This document shows, piece by piece, positions 21,901 through 33,996 of a stretch of 64,000 nucleotides of DNA. The position numbers were made by a program, and so were the translations under genes. The DNA lies in NCBI GenBank assembly GCA_012513815.1, contig JAAZBM010000014.1, positions 376,568 through 440,567 on the forward strand, read 5' to 3'. Each line of letters opens with the position of its first letter. Within the stretch, counting starts at the first letter, position 1. This DNA comes from Candidatus Sumerlaeota bacterium (GTDB taxonomy: Bacteria > Sumerlaeota > Sumerlaeia > Sumerlaeales > Sumerlaeaceae). A model generated the notes under the pieces. The model was given only the letters and a program-made list of their open reading frames with translations. It was not told where the DNA came from and did not search any database.

Positions 21901-22861
21901 TGCCGGCGAATTCCTGCTGTCGGGGTTATCGCCCGCGACACACCGAGTCATACTCGAACACTCGAACTATTCGAAGGAAACAATCGAAGATATCCCCGTG
22001 ACACGCCGCAAAATCTATGACATGGGCACAATCATCCTCGAAGCCGGAGGAACTGTACTCGGCACAATCAGAGATGAAACGGGAGCGCCGTGTGCGGGAT
22101 TCACTGTCGCCATCAATGATACACAAGAGAAAAAGAAGACGACAACTGACCGCGGCGGCAACTACCTGATGCAGGGCGTCGAAGAGGGAACGCATATCAT
22201 CTCCGTACAAGGCACAGTGCGCAGTTATAGACCGACCTATACCTTCGCGTCCACAATCATCATTGCGGGCGAATCAACGACGAAGAACTTCACCATCGGA
22301 CTGACGGCAAACATGGTCGGACAGTTATTCTCTGCGACACCACTCACCGGAGCTTCGGGGACTGTCAGCCTCTATCCGTTCGACGAAAACAACAAAGTCG
22401 TCGACTGGATTCGATACGACGCGACAATTCAGGGAATGACCTTTAGCCTCAACCAGATTCCGCCCGGACAATACTTCATGTGGGCCGGAGGCAATGCGAC
22501 GGCCGGACCATTCAGACTCTGGCAGTTCAAACAACTGACACAAGGCGACAATACCGTTGCGCTCGAGCTGCCCCCATCATCCATCAAAGGACGTGCCATC
22601 GGGAGCGCCGGACAAGGACTTCAGGGCACCTCGGTGCAACTGCGCCCACTCTTTGACGGAAGTTTCCTCTCGCAAACGATTTATAACAAACTTATCGTCA
22701 ACAAAACGACAAACGCGACGGGCGCATTCTCGATTCCCTACATCCAACAGGGAACCTATCAAATTATCTACCAGCCACCCGGCGGAAGACAAATCGTGCA
22801 ACAACCGATGTCCATCGGATATGGACAAACTATCAGCGGAATTACCCTCCCTGCACAATAA
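18995..22861 (+). CDS. Membrane-anchored protein with many carboxypeptidase-regulatory-like beta-sandwich repeats
   Basis: N-terminal TM segment; repeated G.V.D..G.PI..A.V ... TD..G.F/Y.I..L..G.Y units. Confidence 0.85.
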   Translation: MGRNRYAKIILFTLIILSLVLGVAYRTSPPEIRERVDGYIRIAASSMRNMALKAEFRFVTKYFDKSQKKKDENAKDDKKKDNKNQASATLVGSIYDELSKPIVGATVTIMGLGKNQPKTQTDKDGKYKIADIPPGTGHIVASHPGFVAMMRPHFPFYSSKVAFADLTLPIGSKINGTVLDEERKPLKNVEIQARHIAEAITASGGDSIVYADIAKQETSKDNGTFLIKGMPLGSMEITAKKTGYAKLVQKHVVTKDNATSSVELILKRSGILDGQIKDAETGAGIPDAKITLESFKPFGEKVMKLEGTSYTMQSLKPEGKFRFEHLFDEGFYDIKVEHPDYAPSTQKLIPCGTEKMTINMVRGSGISGKVTLIDRVGDTGVAVSINIESVIKGTTLTLHTVSTETGDFKFDKLPYGSYKIWVNSKQYSCLDYPPINCEAGKPPIDNVVLEAYQICSISGRVISAENGMPIPEATVTINSIFGKNKQQSKKFMTKTSSMGKFVFEKLPSGQHTATAEAKGFVQTNFGTSAETFYLLPGESKNDLTLQLYKGGTVDGRVLDANGSAVKDADVQLYVASTNKRNLDTSKLVAKSNENGWYTITGIDVGDHLQLYASARAEERHAKGVSNIIDLTAAVPSATADIIMPNGGTVQGRVTDMNGIPIAEAQVSWHSGNFPGDPSPSGGKVSTESNGTYRITHLPPGRISLNVSRSGYVGQGRGVNVKDNQVLAGIDFKLKTGKTITGVVMTAEGNPIPNANVRTSGISGAQGGDSANTDKDGKFTLGNLGEGSFKLNATFSINTQEGNQNYNFFVTPIKAGSEGVLIECDVDNSASTIVDAAGSGRKIQNFFFRFASLPNIKGLDFSVTVQRSVANTNGLLKISNIPRGVYKLTVTADGYEKWEDESVYIGPNRRTSMPKVHLEASGGIMGKVVSNKTGRPVNGVRVSAFEQTSIEQTGKGNKGYTHVATVNTDYAGEFLLSGLSPATHRVILEHSNYSKETIEDIPVTRRKIYDMGTIILEAGGTVLGTIRDETGAPCAGFTVAINDTQEKKKTTTDRGGNYLMQGVEEGTHIISVQGTVRSYRPTYTFASTIIIAGESTTKNFTIGLTANMVGQLFSATPLTGASGTVSLYPFDENNKVVDWIRYDATIQGMTFSLNQIPPGQYFMWAGGNATAGPFRLWQFKQLTQGDNTVALELPPSSIKGRAIGSAGQGLQGTSVQLRPLFDGSFLSQTIYNKLIVNKTTNATGAFSIPYIQQGTYQIIYQPPGGRQIVQQPMSIGYGQTISGITLPAQ

Positions 22862-22924
22862 CTCTGGAAGGAAGAGTCAAACTATTGTATATTATAGTAT
22901 CATAATAACGATGGTGAGAATTTC

Positions 22925-23656
22925 ATGACAAATTATAGAATATTTATTGTCGAAGACGAGAGCGAAATCGCCAGACTTCTGGAGATTCATCTTAAAAAGA
23001 CCGGTTTCAACCCTGTCGTCTTTACGAAATCACCCGAAGCGTGGAAAGCAATTCTCAACGCCTCCCCCAAGACGATGCCTGACCTTATTCTTCTGGATGT
23101 GATGATGCCGGAGATGGACGGAATCCAATTCCTCAAGGCTGTTCGCGCAAATGCCAACACACAGACACTGCCTGTCTTTTTCCTGACGGCATGCGGCGGA
23201 GAAGAAGATCGCATCGGCGGATTTGAACTCGGAGCGGATGACTATATCACCAAGCCATTCTCACCAACGGAACTCGTTTTGCGCATCAAGAGATTCTTCG
23301 AAAGACGCGAAATGGAACGCAGAAACAAACGCGAAGAGTCCAAGGAACCCGTCGTGTTTGGTTGCCTGATGCTTGACGAAGCACGTTTCAAAACAACAGT
23401 CGACGGAGAGGAAATCCCCATTTCGGCAACCGAAATGAAACTGCTTGCGGAAATGATTTCGCTCAAAGGCAAAGCGCTTTCGAGACGCCGCATCCTCGAA
23501 CTCGCGTGGGGCGATATGCCCAATGTGACGGACAGAACAATCGACACACATGTCAAAAGACTTCGCAGAAAACTCGGCAAGGCCGCCGTTTATCTCGAGA
23601 CTGTCAGAGGCCGCGGATATCGGTGGGCCGAATCACCGGATGATGTAAATGATTAA
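22925..23656 (+). CDS. OmpR/PhoB-family response regulator
   Basis: IVEDE, LLDVMMPEMDG, GADDYITKPFS, RTIDTHVKRLR.KL, TVRG.GY. Confidence 0.96.
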   Translation: MTNYRIFIVEDESEIARLLEIHLKKTGFNPVVFTKSPEAWKAILNASPKTMPDLILLDVMMPEMDGIQFLKAVRANANTQTLPVFFLTACGGEEDRIGGFELGADDYITKPFSPTELVLRIKRFFERREMERRNKREESKEPVVFGCLMLDEARFKTTVDGEEIPISATEMKLLAEMISLKGKALSRRRILELAWGDMPNVTDRTIDTHVKRLRRKLGKAAVYLETVRGRGYRWAESPDDVND

Positions 23657-24725
23657 CGCTTTTGCATTTGCGTGCCAGGTAACCGAAGGCGTCCCTGGAT
23701 GCTCCGCGCTCTACCTGACGTCGAGCGACCTACTTGTGCCAAACAATCGATGGGTCAACACATTTGGAACAATGTCAAGACTCAACGACTTGGAACGATT
23801 AGGCCTCTCAGTTGATAGCATCAGAGAGAACATCATCGAACTGACTCGGGTTGGAAATGGAGAATTCACGCGGGCATTGGACGAAGAATCCATTCGGACA
23901 TTAGTCATCACCGCGATTCCAAACTTCCCGCAAATGTTCTTTATTTTTCTGCACGACGAAACGGAAGCACACAAAGTTGCAGCAATGCGCAGAGACTTCA
24001 TCGCGAACGTCTCCCACGAGCTTCGCACACCGCTGACCATCATCCGCGGGTATGTCGAAACACTGATGGATCCGGACTACCGAACGCCCGAAGCGTTGAA
24101 CGAATATCTGCCAATCATTCTCGACAACACAAAGCAAATGCACACGCTTATCATTGACCTCATGGACCTATCGAGGCTTGAATCGTCGGGCGCACGGAGA
24201 CTCGCGGCAATCAATCTGAAAACGGAAATCGAAGGCGCCATTGCTTCAAGCCGTGTTCTGGCTAAGGAAAAGAAAATCAAAATCATCCACGCGAAACTGG
24301 ATGCGGTCGATGTGCAAGCCGACGTCAACAACTTCCCACGTGTCTTGATTAACCTCATCGAAAACGCAATCAAATACACGCCCAACGAAGGCACAATCCG
24401 CATCTACACCGAATTAGACAACAGCAAAGAGCACGTCACGGTTCACATCACGGACAACGGTATGGGCATCCCAAACGACGATCAAGAAAGAATTTTTGAA
24501 CGATTCTACAGAGTTCGCGGAACAACAGCGAGTGTCCGAGGAAGCGGTCTGGGGCTGGCGATTGTCAAACACGCGCTCCAGTTAATGGACAGCGAAATCA
24601 AACTCAATAGCACATTGGGCGAAGGCTCTGACTTTTACTTCACACTCAAAGTCTTCAAGAATCCTGATGAAACTGCGCAAGCAACTATGAGTGAAGACGT
24701 GATACCTCGATTGTCTCATAGATAG
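23649..24725 (+). CDS. PhoR-like histidine kinase, apparently cytoplasmic
   Basis: RRDFIANVSHELRTPLT, NLIENAIKY, DNGMGI, FERFYRV, GSGLGLAIVKH; no clear TM segment. Confidence 0.93.
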   Translation: MINAFAFACQVTEGVPGCSALYLTSSDLLVPNNRWVNTFGTMSRLNDLERLGLSVDSIRENIIELTRVGNGEFTRALDEESIRTLVITAIPNFPQMFFIFLHDETEAHKVAAMRRDFIANVSHELRTPLTIIRGYVETLMDPDYRTPEALNEYLPIILDNTKQMHTLIIDLMDLSRLESSGARRLAAINLKTEIEGAIASSRVLAKEKKIKIIHAKLDAVDVQADVNNFPRVLINLIENAIKYTPNEGTIRIYTELDNSKEHVTVHITDNGMGIPNDDQERIFERFYRVRGTTASVRGSGLGLAIVKHALQLMDSEIKLNSTLGEGSDFYFTLKVFKNPDETAQATMSEDVIPRLSHR

Positions 24726-25257
24726 CGCCCGAAGGTGTCAGCGTACTCTTTATGAGTTCGATTTGCTCCACATCCATCACCCCAAAATGAGCCAGCCCAC
24801 GTGCCTCGACAATCTTCTTGATGCCGAGCAGATTCTCACGACTCTTGATTCGCGCAAGAGTAATGTGAGGCATAAAGGGATGCGTGTCCACATCAAATCC
24901 CCGGCGGTTTAGCTCATTCACAAGCGAATTCCGCAAATCAGTCAGTACATCCACATCCTTTGCCAGCCGAAGCGCAATTGTACGTGCCGTCTTGTCATTC
25001 GGAAACAACAGCGGACTGCCAACCTTCAGCGAAAACGCCCCGCAACGCCCCGCGATTTTCTGCATCACAAGCCCGGCATCACTGACTGATGACTCCGGGA
25101 TATCACCCAAAAACGCCAGAGTAATGTGAACATTCCGAACAGACTGCCAAGTTATACGTGTCTTCAGAAACTCCGACGCTGTCTGCATGCCAGCTGACAG
25201 CGTAGCAATCTCCGACTGCATTTTCTCGGGTAAACGAACCGCAATAAAACAACGCAT
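24685..25257 (-). CDS. thpR: RNA 2',3'-cyclic phosphodiesterase
   Basis: MRCFIA start, two HxT motifs (HITLAFLG, PHITLAR), S.LTPSG.IY. Confidence 0.93.
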   Translation of the reverse strand: MRCFIAVRLPEKMQSEIATLSAGMQTASEFLKTRITWQSVRNVHITLAFLGDIPESSVSDAGLVMQKIAGRCGAFSLKVGSPLLFPNDKTARTIALRLAKDVDVLTDLRNSLVNELNRRGFDVDTHPFMPHITLARIKSRENLLGIKKIVEARGLAHFGVMDVEQIELIKSTLTPSGAIYETIEVSRLHS

Positions 25258-25310
25258 AAAGGCCTCCCTATGCCACTACAAGTAATGCGCCAACACTACA
25301 ATAATCTTTA

Positions 25311-26984
25311 CTATATCCGCTTAAAGTCGTTATCCTTCGGATAGAAACTCGGGCTATTCTTTGTCAGTTGCCTGATACGCTGAAGAGCATCACGGATACG
25401 AGCATTGAGATTGCCGTTATTCGCCTGCGCTAGCGACGCGTCAAGCTGCAACGCCTTTTGCCAGCAGCTCACCGCCATACGCAGATTTTTCACGCTCTCT
25501 TGCTTAACCGAGAACACACGGTTATTCGCGTCACGCGTCGTAAAACTTGCCGACATCAAAATATTAACCGCCGTGTTGTAATACTGATCGCCCTGCATAA
25601 CCAAACGCTGCGCCTGAGAAGCCTTCTCAGATATCCCCTGACGCTCATTGCTCTGAGCCGTCAGCAGTACACTCTGCGCCGCTTGCACGACCTCCGGGAA
25701 CATTGGGTAATCCAGAATAATCTCATTCGCCTTTTCACGAGCCTTGACCGTCTCACCCGCTGCAAGGTTATTCTGCACTTCACGCAAATCACGCCCCGCA
25801 TACGCCAACAAACCCTTACGGGCATCCTCATTTGTTTCCTGCATTTCGAGGATACTGCGGTACTCCTGACGAGCCGTATCAAGCATCCCCTTCGACTCGG
25901 CATATCGTGCCAACGCTAACCGCGCCTTTGGATCCGCCTGATTTGTCTGCCCACGACGAATCATGTACTCATACTTATACAAGGTATCCTTCGTTTGTGA
26001 CGGGTCAAAAACCAACAACTGATTATACGCAGACAATGCGCCCTGCCAGTCGCCCCGCTCGGCGCATTCCGTATGCATCGTATTATAGATATTCAATATC
26101 CGCCGACGCAGAACCGGTGTCGAATTCTCGGGGTCATTCGCAAACTCAAGTAAAATCGGCAAAGCTTCCGAATATTTTTTTTGCCTGTACAGCGCCTCGG
26201 CATACTTCAGCCGCCCCGTAGGCGTCATATCATTCTTGTAAATATCCGACAACTCCGCCAGACGACTGCTCTCCGAATCCAGAATCTTCTTCAGCGCATT
26301 AGTGGCTTTCTCATTGTTAGGATTATAAAACAGCGACTTCTTCAAATGGTCAATTGCCGTGTTGATATCCTGATGATCGGCTCGCACCAAGCCCCACCGA
26401 AGATAGATATTCGATGCCCCCACAGCGAACTCCTCCCCTGCACCGGCAACCGAAGCGGGTGTGACTTTATTGAGCAACTCCGCGGCATCATCATAGCGTT
26501 CATTATCAGCAGCCGACACGGCACGCGCCAAAATATCCATCGCCTGATTCGGATTCAAAGTTTCCGTCTCCGACACAAGCACATCCTCATCCGCGGTCTG
26601 CGCCAGACTCGCATCGTTCATCCGAGCCTGCGCCTCCTGCACACGCCCCTGTGCTTCCGCATCATTGGGAGCAATCGACAACGCCTTCTCATAACATTCC
26701 AAAGACTTCTCAACGCGATTCTGCCGGGAGTACTCGTCCCCCATGCGCACCCAGCCCTTTTCAAGAGGTTCCTTATCCCAAGCCGAGACCTTCGAGCGCG
26801 ATAATGTCAAGACACCATTGGTCGAGCGAAAAACAAAAGTGCTCTTCGCCATGTTATCCTCGTCTGTAACGCCAACGAGACGATCCCCATTAGTCAGTTG
26901 CAAAACATCGCACCAGCCCATTCCGGACAATAAGCTTACAACGAATATCGGTATGATAGTTCGCTTCGCTTTGTACATTATCAT
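25311..26984 (-). CDS. Secreted tetratricopeptide-repeat protein
   Basis: Signal peptide, D.L.L.NGDRL.G N-terminal motif, several TPR-like helical repeats. Confidence 0.8.
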   Translation of the reverse strand: MIMYKAKRTIIPIFVVSLLSGMGWCDVLQLTNGDRLVGVTDEDNMAKSTFVFRSTNGVLTLSRSKVSAWDKEPLEKGWVRMGDEYSRQNRVEKSLECYEKALSIAPNDAEAQGRVQEAQARMNDASLAQTADEDVLVSETETLNPNQAMDILARAVSAADNERYDDAAELLNKVTPASVAGAGEEFAVGASNIYLRWGLVRADHQDINTAIDHLKKSLFYNPNNEKATNALKKILDSESSRLAELSDIYKNDMTPTGRLKYAEALYRQKKYSEALPILLEFANDPENSTPVLRRRILNIYNTMHTECAERGDWQGALSAYNQLLVFDPSQTKDTLYKYEYMIRRGQTNQADPKARLALARYAESKGMLDTARQEYRSILEMQETNEDARKGLLAYAGRDLREVQNNLAAGETVKAREKANEIILDYPMFPEVVQAAQSVLLTAQSNERQGISEKASQAQRLVMQGDQYYNTAVNILMSASFTTRDANNRVFSVKQESVKNLRMAVSCWQKALQLDASLAQANNGNLNARIRDALQRIRQLTKNSPSFYPKDNDFKRI

Positions 26985-27052
26985 AATTCAACCTCTTTAT
27001 GTGACGGACTATATTTATTAACATTTATGTGTAAATCATCATCTAAACAATC

Positions 27053-28534
27053 ATGCTGAAACATTTCAATCCGACACTATTATATAAAGCTTACTTCGGC
27101 AATCCTTACGGAATTTTGCCACCCATACTTCTTGCGCTTCTCCTGACGCTCGTCAGTTGGATTGTTCTTATCTATGGTGTCAGAGAAATTGGCATTCTCG
27201 GCATGATGATAGGAGCCGGAGCCGCCCTGACACTGCTTAGCGTCATCACGCACCCGCTCATTCCGTTTGCCCTTTACTTCCCGTGTCTCTTCTTCAACGA
27301 CCTTACATGGCCGGGCATCCCCATCTCACCCAACCAGATACTTGGCATACTTTTCTTTGTCTCATGGATTGCCTACTTCATTCGGCGCCGCACCATCGCC
27401 ATTTCGCCCTCCGTCAGTTTCTTTATGTTTGTTGCGACAGTACTATTCGCTATCAGCGCAATCACCGGCGAAGACACCGAACGCGGCATCCAGCACTGCC
27501 GCGCCGTCGTGACTTACTTCCTCATGGCGCTTGGGTTGGCAGCTTCCATGCGTTCCGAAAAAAGCATTCGAGCGCTCGCATGGATTATCACCATCACCAC
27601 CGCGGCGGCTGCGCTACAAGGCGTCTATCAGGCAATCGAAAAGGGCATCTTCATGAACTTCACGGGCAAATGGAGCGACGCAGTCCGAGTCAGCGGAACG
27701 GCGAAAAACTCCATTGTCTACGGATGGAATCTACTCTACGCCTTCCCATTTGCGTTCTTCCTCTACACACGCCACAATTCAAAGCTCTTCAAATCCTTAG
27801 CCATCGGCCTTGGCATTTTCACCGCGATTGTCGCGCTGCTCACATTCAATCGACAGACATTCCTTTTGCTCGCAATCGTTGTCCTCTCCACCACGCTGCT
27901 TTTCCGTTACAAAAACAAAAAGCGCACACTGATGATGGTGCTCGTGGCGGCAGGCATCGCCGTCATTGCCATGTTCCCGATGGTTATCTCGCGGCTGTCA
28001 ACATTGGGCAACATTGACCGCGACCCATCCTACCTCGAACGTCGCGACCAAATTCTTGTCGCCATGGAAATGTTCAAGGAGAAGCCCATCATCGGCATCG
28101 GCCTTGGCTCCTATCCCGCAGTCTGGAAGAACCACCTCCCGAAGGATTATTCGACCTACAATATGCAATACGACTATAAAACGGAACGTTACCCGGACTT
28201 CGGTTACGTACAGCTTTTGGCCGAGACGGGCGTCGTGGGACTGATGCTTGCCATTGCTCTCATGCTCATGGTTTTGCGCCGAGCAATCCGCGTAAGGCGA
28301 ATGGCGGATGCTCGCGACAACATCATGGCGTTCAACCTCGCCTCCATGATTATCGCGCTCGCGATATTTTGGATAACCAGTAACTTCGTACAAGACACAT
28401 TTCTCTATGTGCGAATGTGGTTCGTGCTCGGCTTGACGGCCCTCATCACGCCGCAGAATCTTTTTCTCGGTGCACGTAGCACAACGAACGCTGTTCCTTT
28501 ACCCCGCAAACAACAGGAACTCGCACATGATTAA
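27053..28534 (+). CDS. O-antigen ligase/polymerase (Wzy_C) family protein
   Basis: About 12 TM segments; PIIGIGLGSY and LLAETGVVG motifs. Confidence 0.88.
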   Translation: MLKHFNPTLLYKAYFGNPYGILPPILLALLLTLVSWIVLIYGVREIGILGMMIGAGAALTLLSVITHPLIPFALYFPCLFFNDLTWPGIPISPNQILGILFFVSWIAYFIRRRTIAISPSVSFFMFVATVLFAISAITGEDTERGIQHCRAVVTYFLMALGLAASMRSEKSIRALAWIITITTAAAALQGVYQAIEKGIFMNFTGKWSDAVRVSGTAKNSIVYGWNLLYAFPFAFFLYTRHNSKLFKSLAIGLGIFTAIVALLTFNRQTFLLLAIVVLSTTLLFRYKNKKRTLMMVLVAAGIAVIAMFPMVISRLSTLGNIDRDPSYLERRDQILVAMEMFKEKPIIGIGLGSYPAVWKNHLPKDYSTYNMQYDYKTERYPDFGYVQLLAETGVVGLMLAIALMLMVLRRAIRVRRMADARDNIMAFNLASMIIALAIFWITSNFVQDTFLYVRMWFVLGLTALITPQNLFLGARSTTNAVPLPRKQQELAHD

Positions 28535-29666
28535 GGTTGCTATGGTAGCTCACCTCGGCGAACTTTCCGGAGCCGGCACAGCACTGATAGACAAGGCCGT
28601 CAACATCAGCCGAGAACAATTCGAGCCGATTCTCATCCTTCCCGAAGACAGCGAACTTGCCGACCTTGCGCGGTGCCGAGGTCTGGCGCCACACATCATC
28701 TCAAACCCGCAAACGGCTATGGTTGACACGCATTCAATCATCGCGAAAATCAAGATTCTCTCGGAGCGTCGCGCCTATGTGCAACGACTGAGACGATTCT
28801 TCAAACAGAACAACATCGACTTGGTTTTCGTCAACTCCACTGCTTCCATTTTTCCCGGAATCGCCGCAAAAAAAGCAGGGCTGCCCATTCTTTGGATGGT
28901 TCATGAGGTACTGGAGAATCCCTCACTATCAACACGCGTAAAGATGGCGTACATCCGACGCAACGCAAACAGCATTGTTTGGGATAGCAACTTAGGAAAA
29001 GAGCTCTTTCCGCCTGCGCCGAACACGCCGTCACTCGTGTGTCCGAACTTTGTCGACACCAACCGATTCCAACCCAAACAAACGGAATTCTCCGCGTCTG
29101 GCGCCCCTCTCACAATCCTTTGCAACGGTCCCTTCCCACGCAAAGGAGCCGACGTATTCCTGAACGCAGCCAAACGGGTCGCGGCGACAACCCAACGCCC
29201 ATGCGCCTTTGTACTCATCGGGCCGGAGATGCCGCAACACGCGGACTTCTGCAAAAACCTCCACGACATCGCCCAACAACCGGAGCTAAAAGGCAAGGTC
29301 ACTTTTGCCGGAATACAAAAGGACGTCCCGACCCTCCTTCGAAACGCTGACATCTTCGTCTCCGCCTCGCGCAACGAGGCATACCCCATCATCGTACTCG
29401 AAGCAATGGCCGCCAAAACGCCCATCATATGCACCGATGTCGGCGACTGCGCGATAATAGTCGGGAAGAACAACGAACGTGGAGCGCTCGTCCCGCCTGA
29501 GAATCCCGATAGAATAGCCGAAGCGATTCTTGATGCCATTGACCACCCGCAACAAACGCAACAACGTGCCCAGAAAGCGCTCGATTGGATACTCGAATCC
29601 TATTCGGGCAACAAATGTTGGAAACCTCTGGAAGAACTGATGCTCAAAACAGCCGCACGGGCTTAG
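28527..29666 (+). CDS. Glycosyltransferase family 4
   Basis: RKG, DIFVSASRNEAYPIIVLEAMAA..PII.TDVG. Confidence 0.93.
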   Translation: MIKVAMVAHLGELSGAGTALIDKAVNISREQFEPILILPEDSELADLARCRGLAPHIISNPQTAMVDTHSIIAKIKILSERRAYVQRLRRFFKQNNIDLVFVNSTASIFPGIAAKKAGLPILWMVHEVLENPSLSTRVKMAYIRRNANSIVWDSNLGKELFPPAPNTPSLVCPNFVDTNRFQPKQTEFSASGAPLTILCNGPFPRKGADVFLNAAKRVAATTQRPCAFVLIGPEMPQHADFCKNLHDIAQQPELKGKVTFAGIQKDVPTLLRNADIFVSASRNEAYPIIVLEAMAAKTPIICTDVGDCAIIVGKNNERGALVPPENPDRIAEAILDAIDHPQQTQQRAQKALDWILESYSGNKCWKPLEELMLKTAARA

Positions 29667-30532
29667 TAGGGAATGTGCTTTGTGACGGAAAGAAACAAGT
29701 AGGTCACCATAAAGGCAAAAAGCAACGAATCGGTGCGATCTAGCAACCCGCCATGTCCGCCAAACAACTTGCCGGAATCCTTGATATTGGCGTCACGCTT
29801 CAAAATCGATTCGCCCAAATCACCGATGACGGACGCAATCGAAATCAGAAATCCCAGCGATAATGTCGAGACTAAATCTAGCGGGAAACCGTCCGTGGCA
29901 TAGCGATTGGCAACCAACCGAAACACAACACAAGCCAACATGCAAGTAATGACGCCACCAAACAAGCCCTCCCAAGACTTCTTGGGACTCATGGTCGGAG
30001 CCATCTTGTGTTTTCCACAGCGGCAGCCCACCAAAAAGGCGCCCGTATCCGTTGCCCATGTCCCCAGAATAACCATCAGCGCAATAATCGTATAATAACA
30101 CACGATATGAACGCCGAGTCCAAAGGACAACCCCAGATAAAGCGTGGCAAAAACGGTCAGCGGAACAGACGACAACGAGCCGTTCGCCCCATAGACGGAC
30201 ATGTGCGTCACAAAGGACATGACCACCAGAGCTGCAAGAGTTATCGGCAAAGCATGGATAAAGACGACATGGTCACACGAACCTAGCCACGTCAGCAAAA
30301 TCGAAAAGGGAATCGCGACCAGATGCGAAGGGTCATACTTTCGCGCATCCGCAAGACGAATCAGTTCATGAACACCCCAAGCGCTGAAAAACATCGCCGC
30401 CACAATCACTAACGGATGAAGAACGGGCAGACCAATACATATCAAAAAAACAGACGCACCAAGAATACCTATGCGATAACGAGACTGCGAAAAACCTGTA
30501 AACAGTCGGCTAAATGGCATACCGGCAATCAC
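29663..30532 (-). CDS. cdsA: Phosphatidate cytidylyltransferase
   Basis: DTGAF..G, SPKKSWEG, GDL.ES.LKRDA.IKDSG..FGGHGGLLDR.DS. Confidence 0.95.
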   Translation of the reverse strand: MIAGMPFSRLFTGFSQSRYRIGILGASVFLICIGLPVLHPLVIVAAMFFSAWGVHELIRLADARKYDPSHLVAIPFSILLTWLGSCDHVVFIHALPITLAALVVMSFVTHMSVYGANGSLSSVPLTVFATLYLGLSFGLGVHIVCYYTIIALMVILGTWATDTGAFLVGCRCGKHKMAPTMSPKKSWEGLFGGVITCMLACVVFRLVANRYATDGFPLDLVSTLSLGFLISIASVIGDLGESILKRDANIKDSGKLFGGHGGLLDRTDSLLFAFMVTYLFLSVTKHIPY

Positions 30533-30690
30533 TCCTCATATGTATTTTTCCTTGCTAATTTACGATAACACTTGATGATATCAACAATTCAAAGAAACTA
30601 ACACACAACAAACTCAAACCAAGGCCGATAAATACCCATTATCAATGTACTAAATGATAACAGATATTAATATGAATTGAGCATCGACCT

Positions 30691-32076
30691 ATGCAAAAGA
30701 GTTGGACTGTCCCAAGTGAGAATTTACCGATAGCTGATGACTTTGATGTCATTGTCGCGGGCGGAGGAACGGCCGGTGTGTGCGCGGCCATCGCTGCGGC
30801 GAGAAACGGAGCAAAAACGCTGCTTGTCGAACAATACGGTTTCCCCGGCGGAACACAAACAGCAGGACAAGTCGGGCCACTATGCCCCAACTTCAACCCG
30901 GACGGCACACCGCTGACAAAGGGCATTGGACAGGAAATCTGGAATCGTCTCGGAAAAGCAAATGGCGGATACGACCTACCGCCCGACGGAAAGTACAAAC
31001 AAGGAGAATGGGCATGGTTTGATTTCGAGGCACTCAAGAATCTCGAAGAACAGATGCTCATCGAAGCCGGTGTCACGCTCCTCTATCACACCTATATCTC
31101 ACAACCAATGATGGTGGACAACAAAGTCTGTGGACTGATTATCGACAACAAATCCGGCAGACAGGCCATCGCGGCCAAGGTAATCGTGGACGCCACCGGC
31201 GATGCCGATGTTGTATTCCGCAGCGGTGCGCCATGCGAAAACGGACGTCCGGGCGACGGGCTAAACCAGCCCGGAACATTGCGATTCCACGTCGGTCATG
31301 TGGACTGGGAGCGGCTGACAGCATTCCTGAAAACTCACAATGTCCCCCTCATTCAAGGCAAACTCCCAACAGTCAGCTATGGCATTGGCGGTGGCGCCAA
31401 GGATTTGGCGGCTTACCTCAACCAATGCGTCGACGAGGGCAAAGTCGACAAAGAAGACATTCGCTACTTCCAGTTTTATGCCGCGGTCGGCAGGCCGGGC
31501 GAAATCAGCTTCAACTGCCCCGAGATACGACAGTATCAAGGCACCGAAGCAGCCGACCTCACGGCAATGCAAATCGAAGGGCGCAAAGCCATTGCCCGCC
31601 TCATCGACTTCTGCAAGCGCTGTCTACCCGGATTTGAGGATTGCTATTTGGCATCCGTCGCGCCGATGCCGGGTATCCGTAGCTCGCGTCGAGCGGTCAC
31701 GGACTATGTACTCACAGTAAACGATGTCGTCAATGGCGTAAAATTCGACGACGCTGTCGCACGAAACAATTGGCCCCCGGACATTCATTCGGTCAAAAAA
31801 GACGAAGACCTCTACCTCGACCATGAACCGGTCGATTTCGTGGAGATTCCTTACCGTTGTCTCCTGCCCCAAAACATCGACAACCTTCTTGTCGCCGGTC
31901 GATGCATTGGTGTCGACTTTGCCGCGCAGGCCGCAATCCGCATCTCACGCACATGCCAAGCATTAGGCGAAGCAGCGGGAACGGCGGCCGCTTACGCCGT
32001 CAAAGACGCCATCACGCCACGACAACTTTCCGGGACGAAATTACATCGAATTTTGGTCGACAACGGGCTTTTGTGA
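30691..32076 (+). CDS. FAD-dependent oxidoreductase (FAD_oxidored family)
   Basis: DVIVAGGGTAG, VDATGDAD, EIPYRCLLP..IDNLLVAGRCI. Confidence 0.9.
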   Translation: MQKSWTVPSENLPIADDFDVIVAGGGTAGVCAAIAAARNGAKTLLVEQYGFPGGTQTAGQVGPLCPNFNPDGTPLTKGIGQEIWNRLGKANGGYDLPPDGKYKQGEWAWFDFEALKNLEEQMLIEAGVTLLYHTYISQPMMVDNKVCGLIIDNKSGRQAIAAKVIVDATGDADVVFRSGAPCENGRPGDGLNQPGTLRFHVGHVDWERLTAFLKTHNVPLIQGKLPTVSYGIGGGAKDLAAYLNQCVDEGKVDKEDIRYFQFYAAVGRPGEISFNCPEIRQYQGTEAADLTAMQIEGRKAIARLIDFCKRCLPGFEDCYLASVAPMPGIRSSRRAVTDYVLTVNDVVNGVKFDDAVARNNWPPDIHSVKKDEDLYLDHEPVDFVEIPYRCLLPQNIDNLLVAGRCIGVDFAAQAAIRISRTCQALGEAAGTAAAYAVKDAITPRQLSGTKLHRILVDNGLL

Positions 32077-32174
32077 CAAATCGAAAACATCAGGCTTTTT
32101 TGGACTTTTTCGGCACGAAGAGGTGAACAGAAAACTAGTTCGAGGATTAAATCAATCACAGGAGATTTTTATAA

Positions 32175-33809
<1,635 letters not shown>

Positions 33810-33861
33810 GCGCTTTTGGGGTTTGATTGGATGGCTGTTACCCTGTGTAACGCTAAGGGAA

Positions 33862-33890
33862 TTGACAAAAGACTCCATGTACGCTATAGT
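33862..33890 (+). promoter_or_regulatory. Sigma-70 promoter upstream of rph
   Basis: TTGACA (33862-33867), 17-bp spacer, TATAGT (33885-33890). Confidence 0.75.
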
Positions 33891-33996
33891 GGACATGGGA
33901 TGTGTGAGTAACTTAAAACAACTGATGATTCGGTAATAATGATTGCTGCTCATCTTTAGTTGATTATAACAAGAGACGAAGAGGACAAACCTAACA

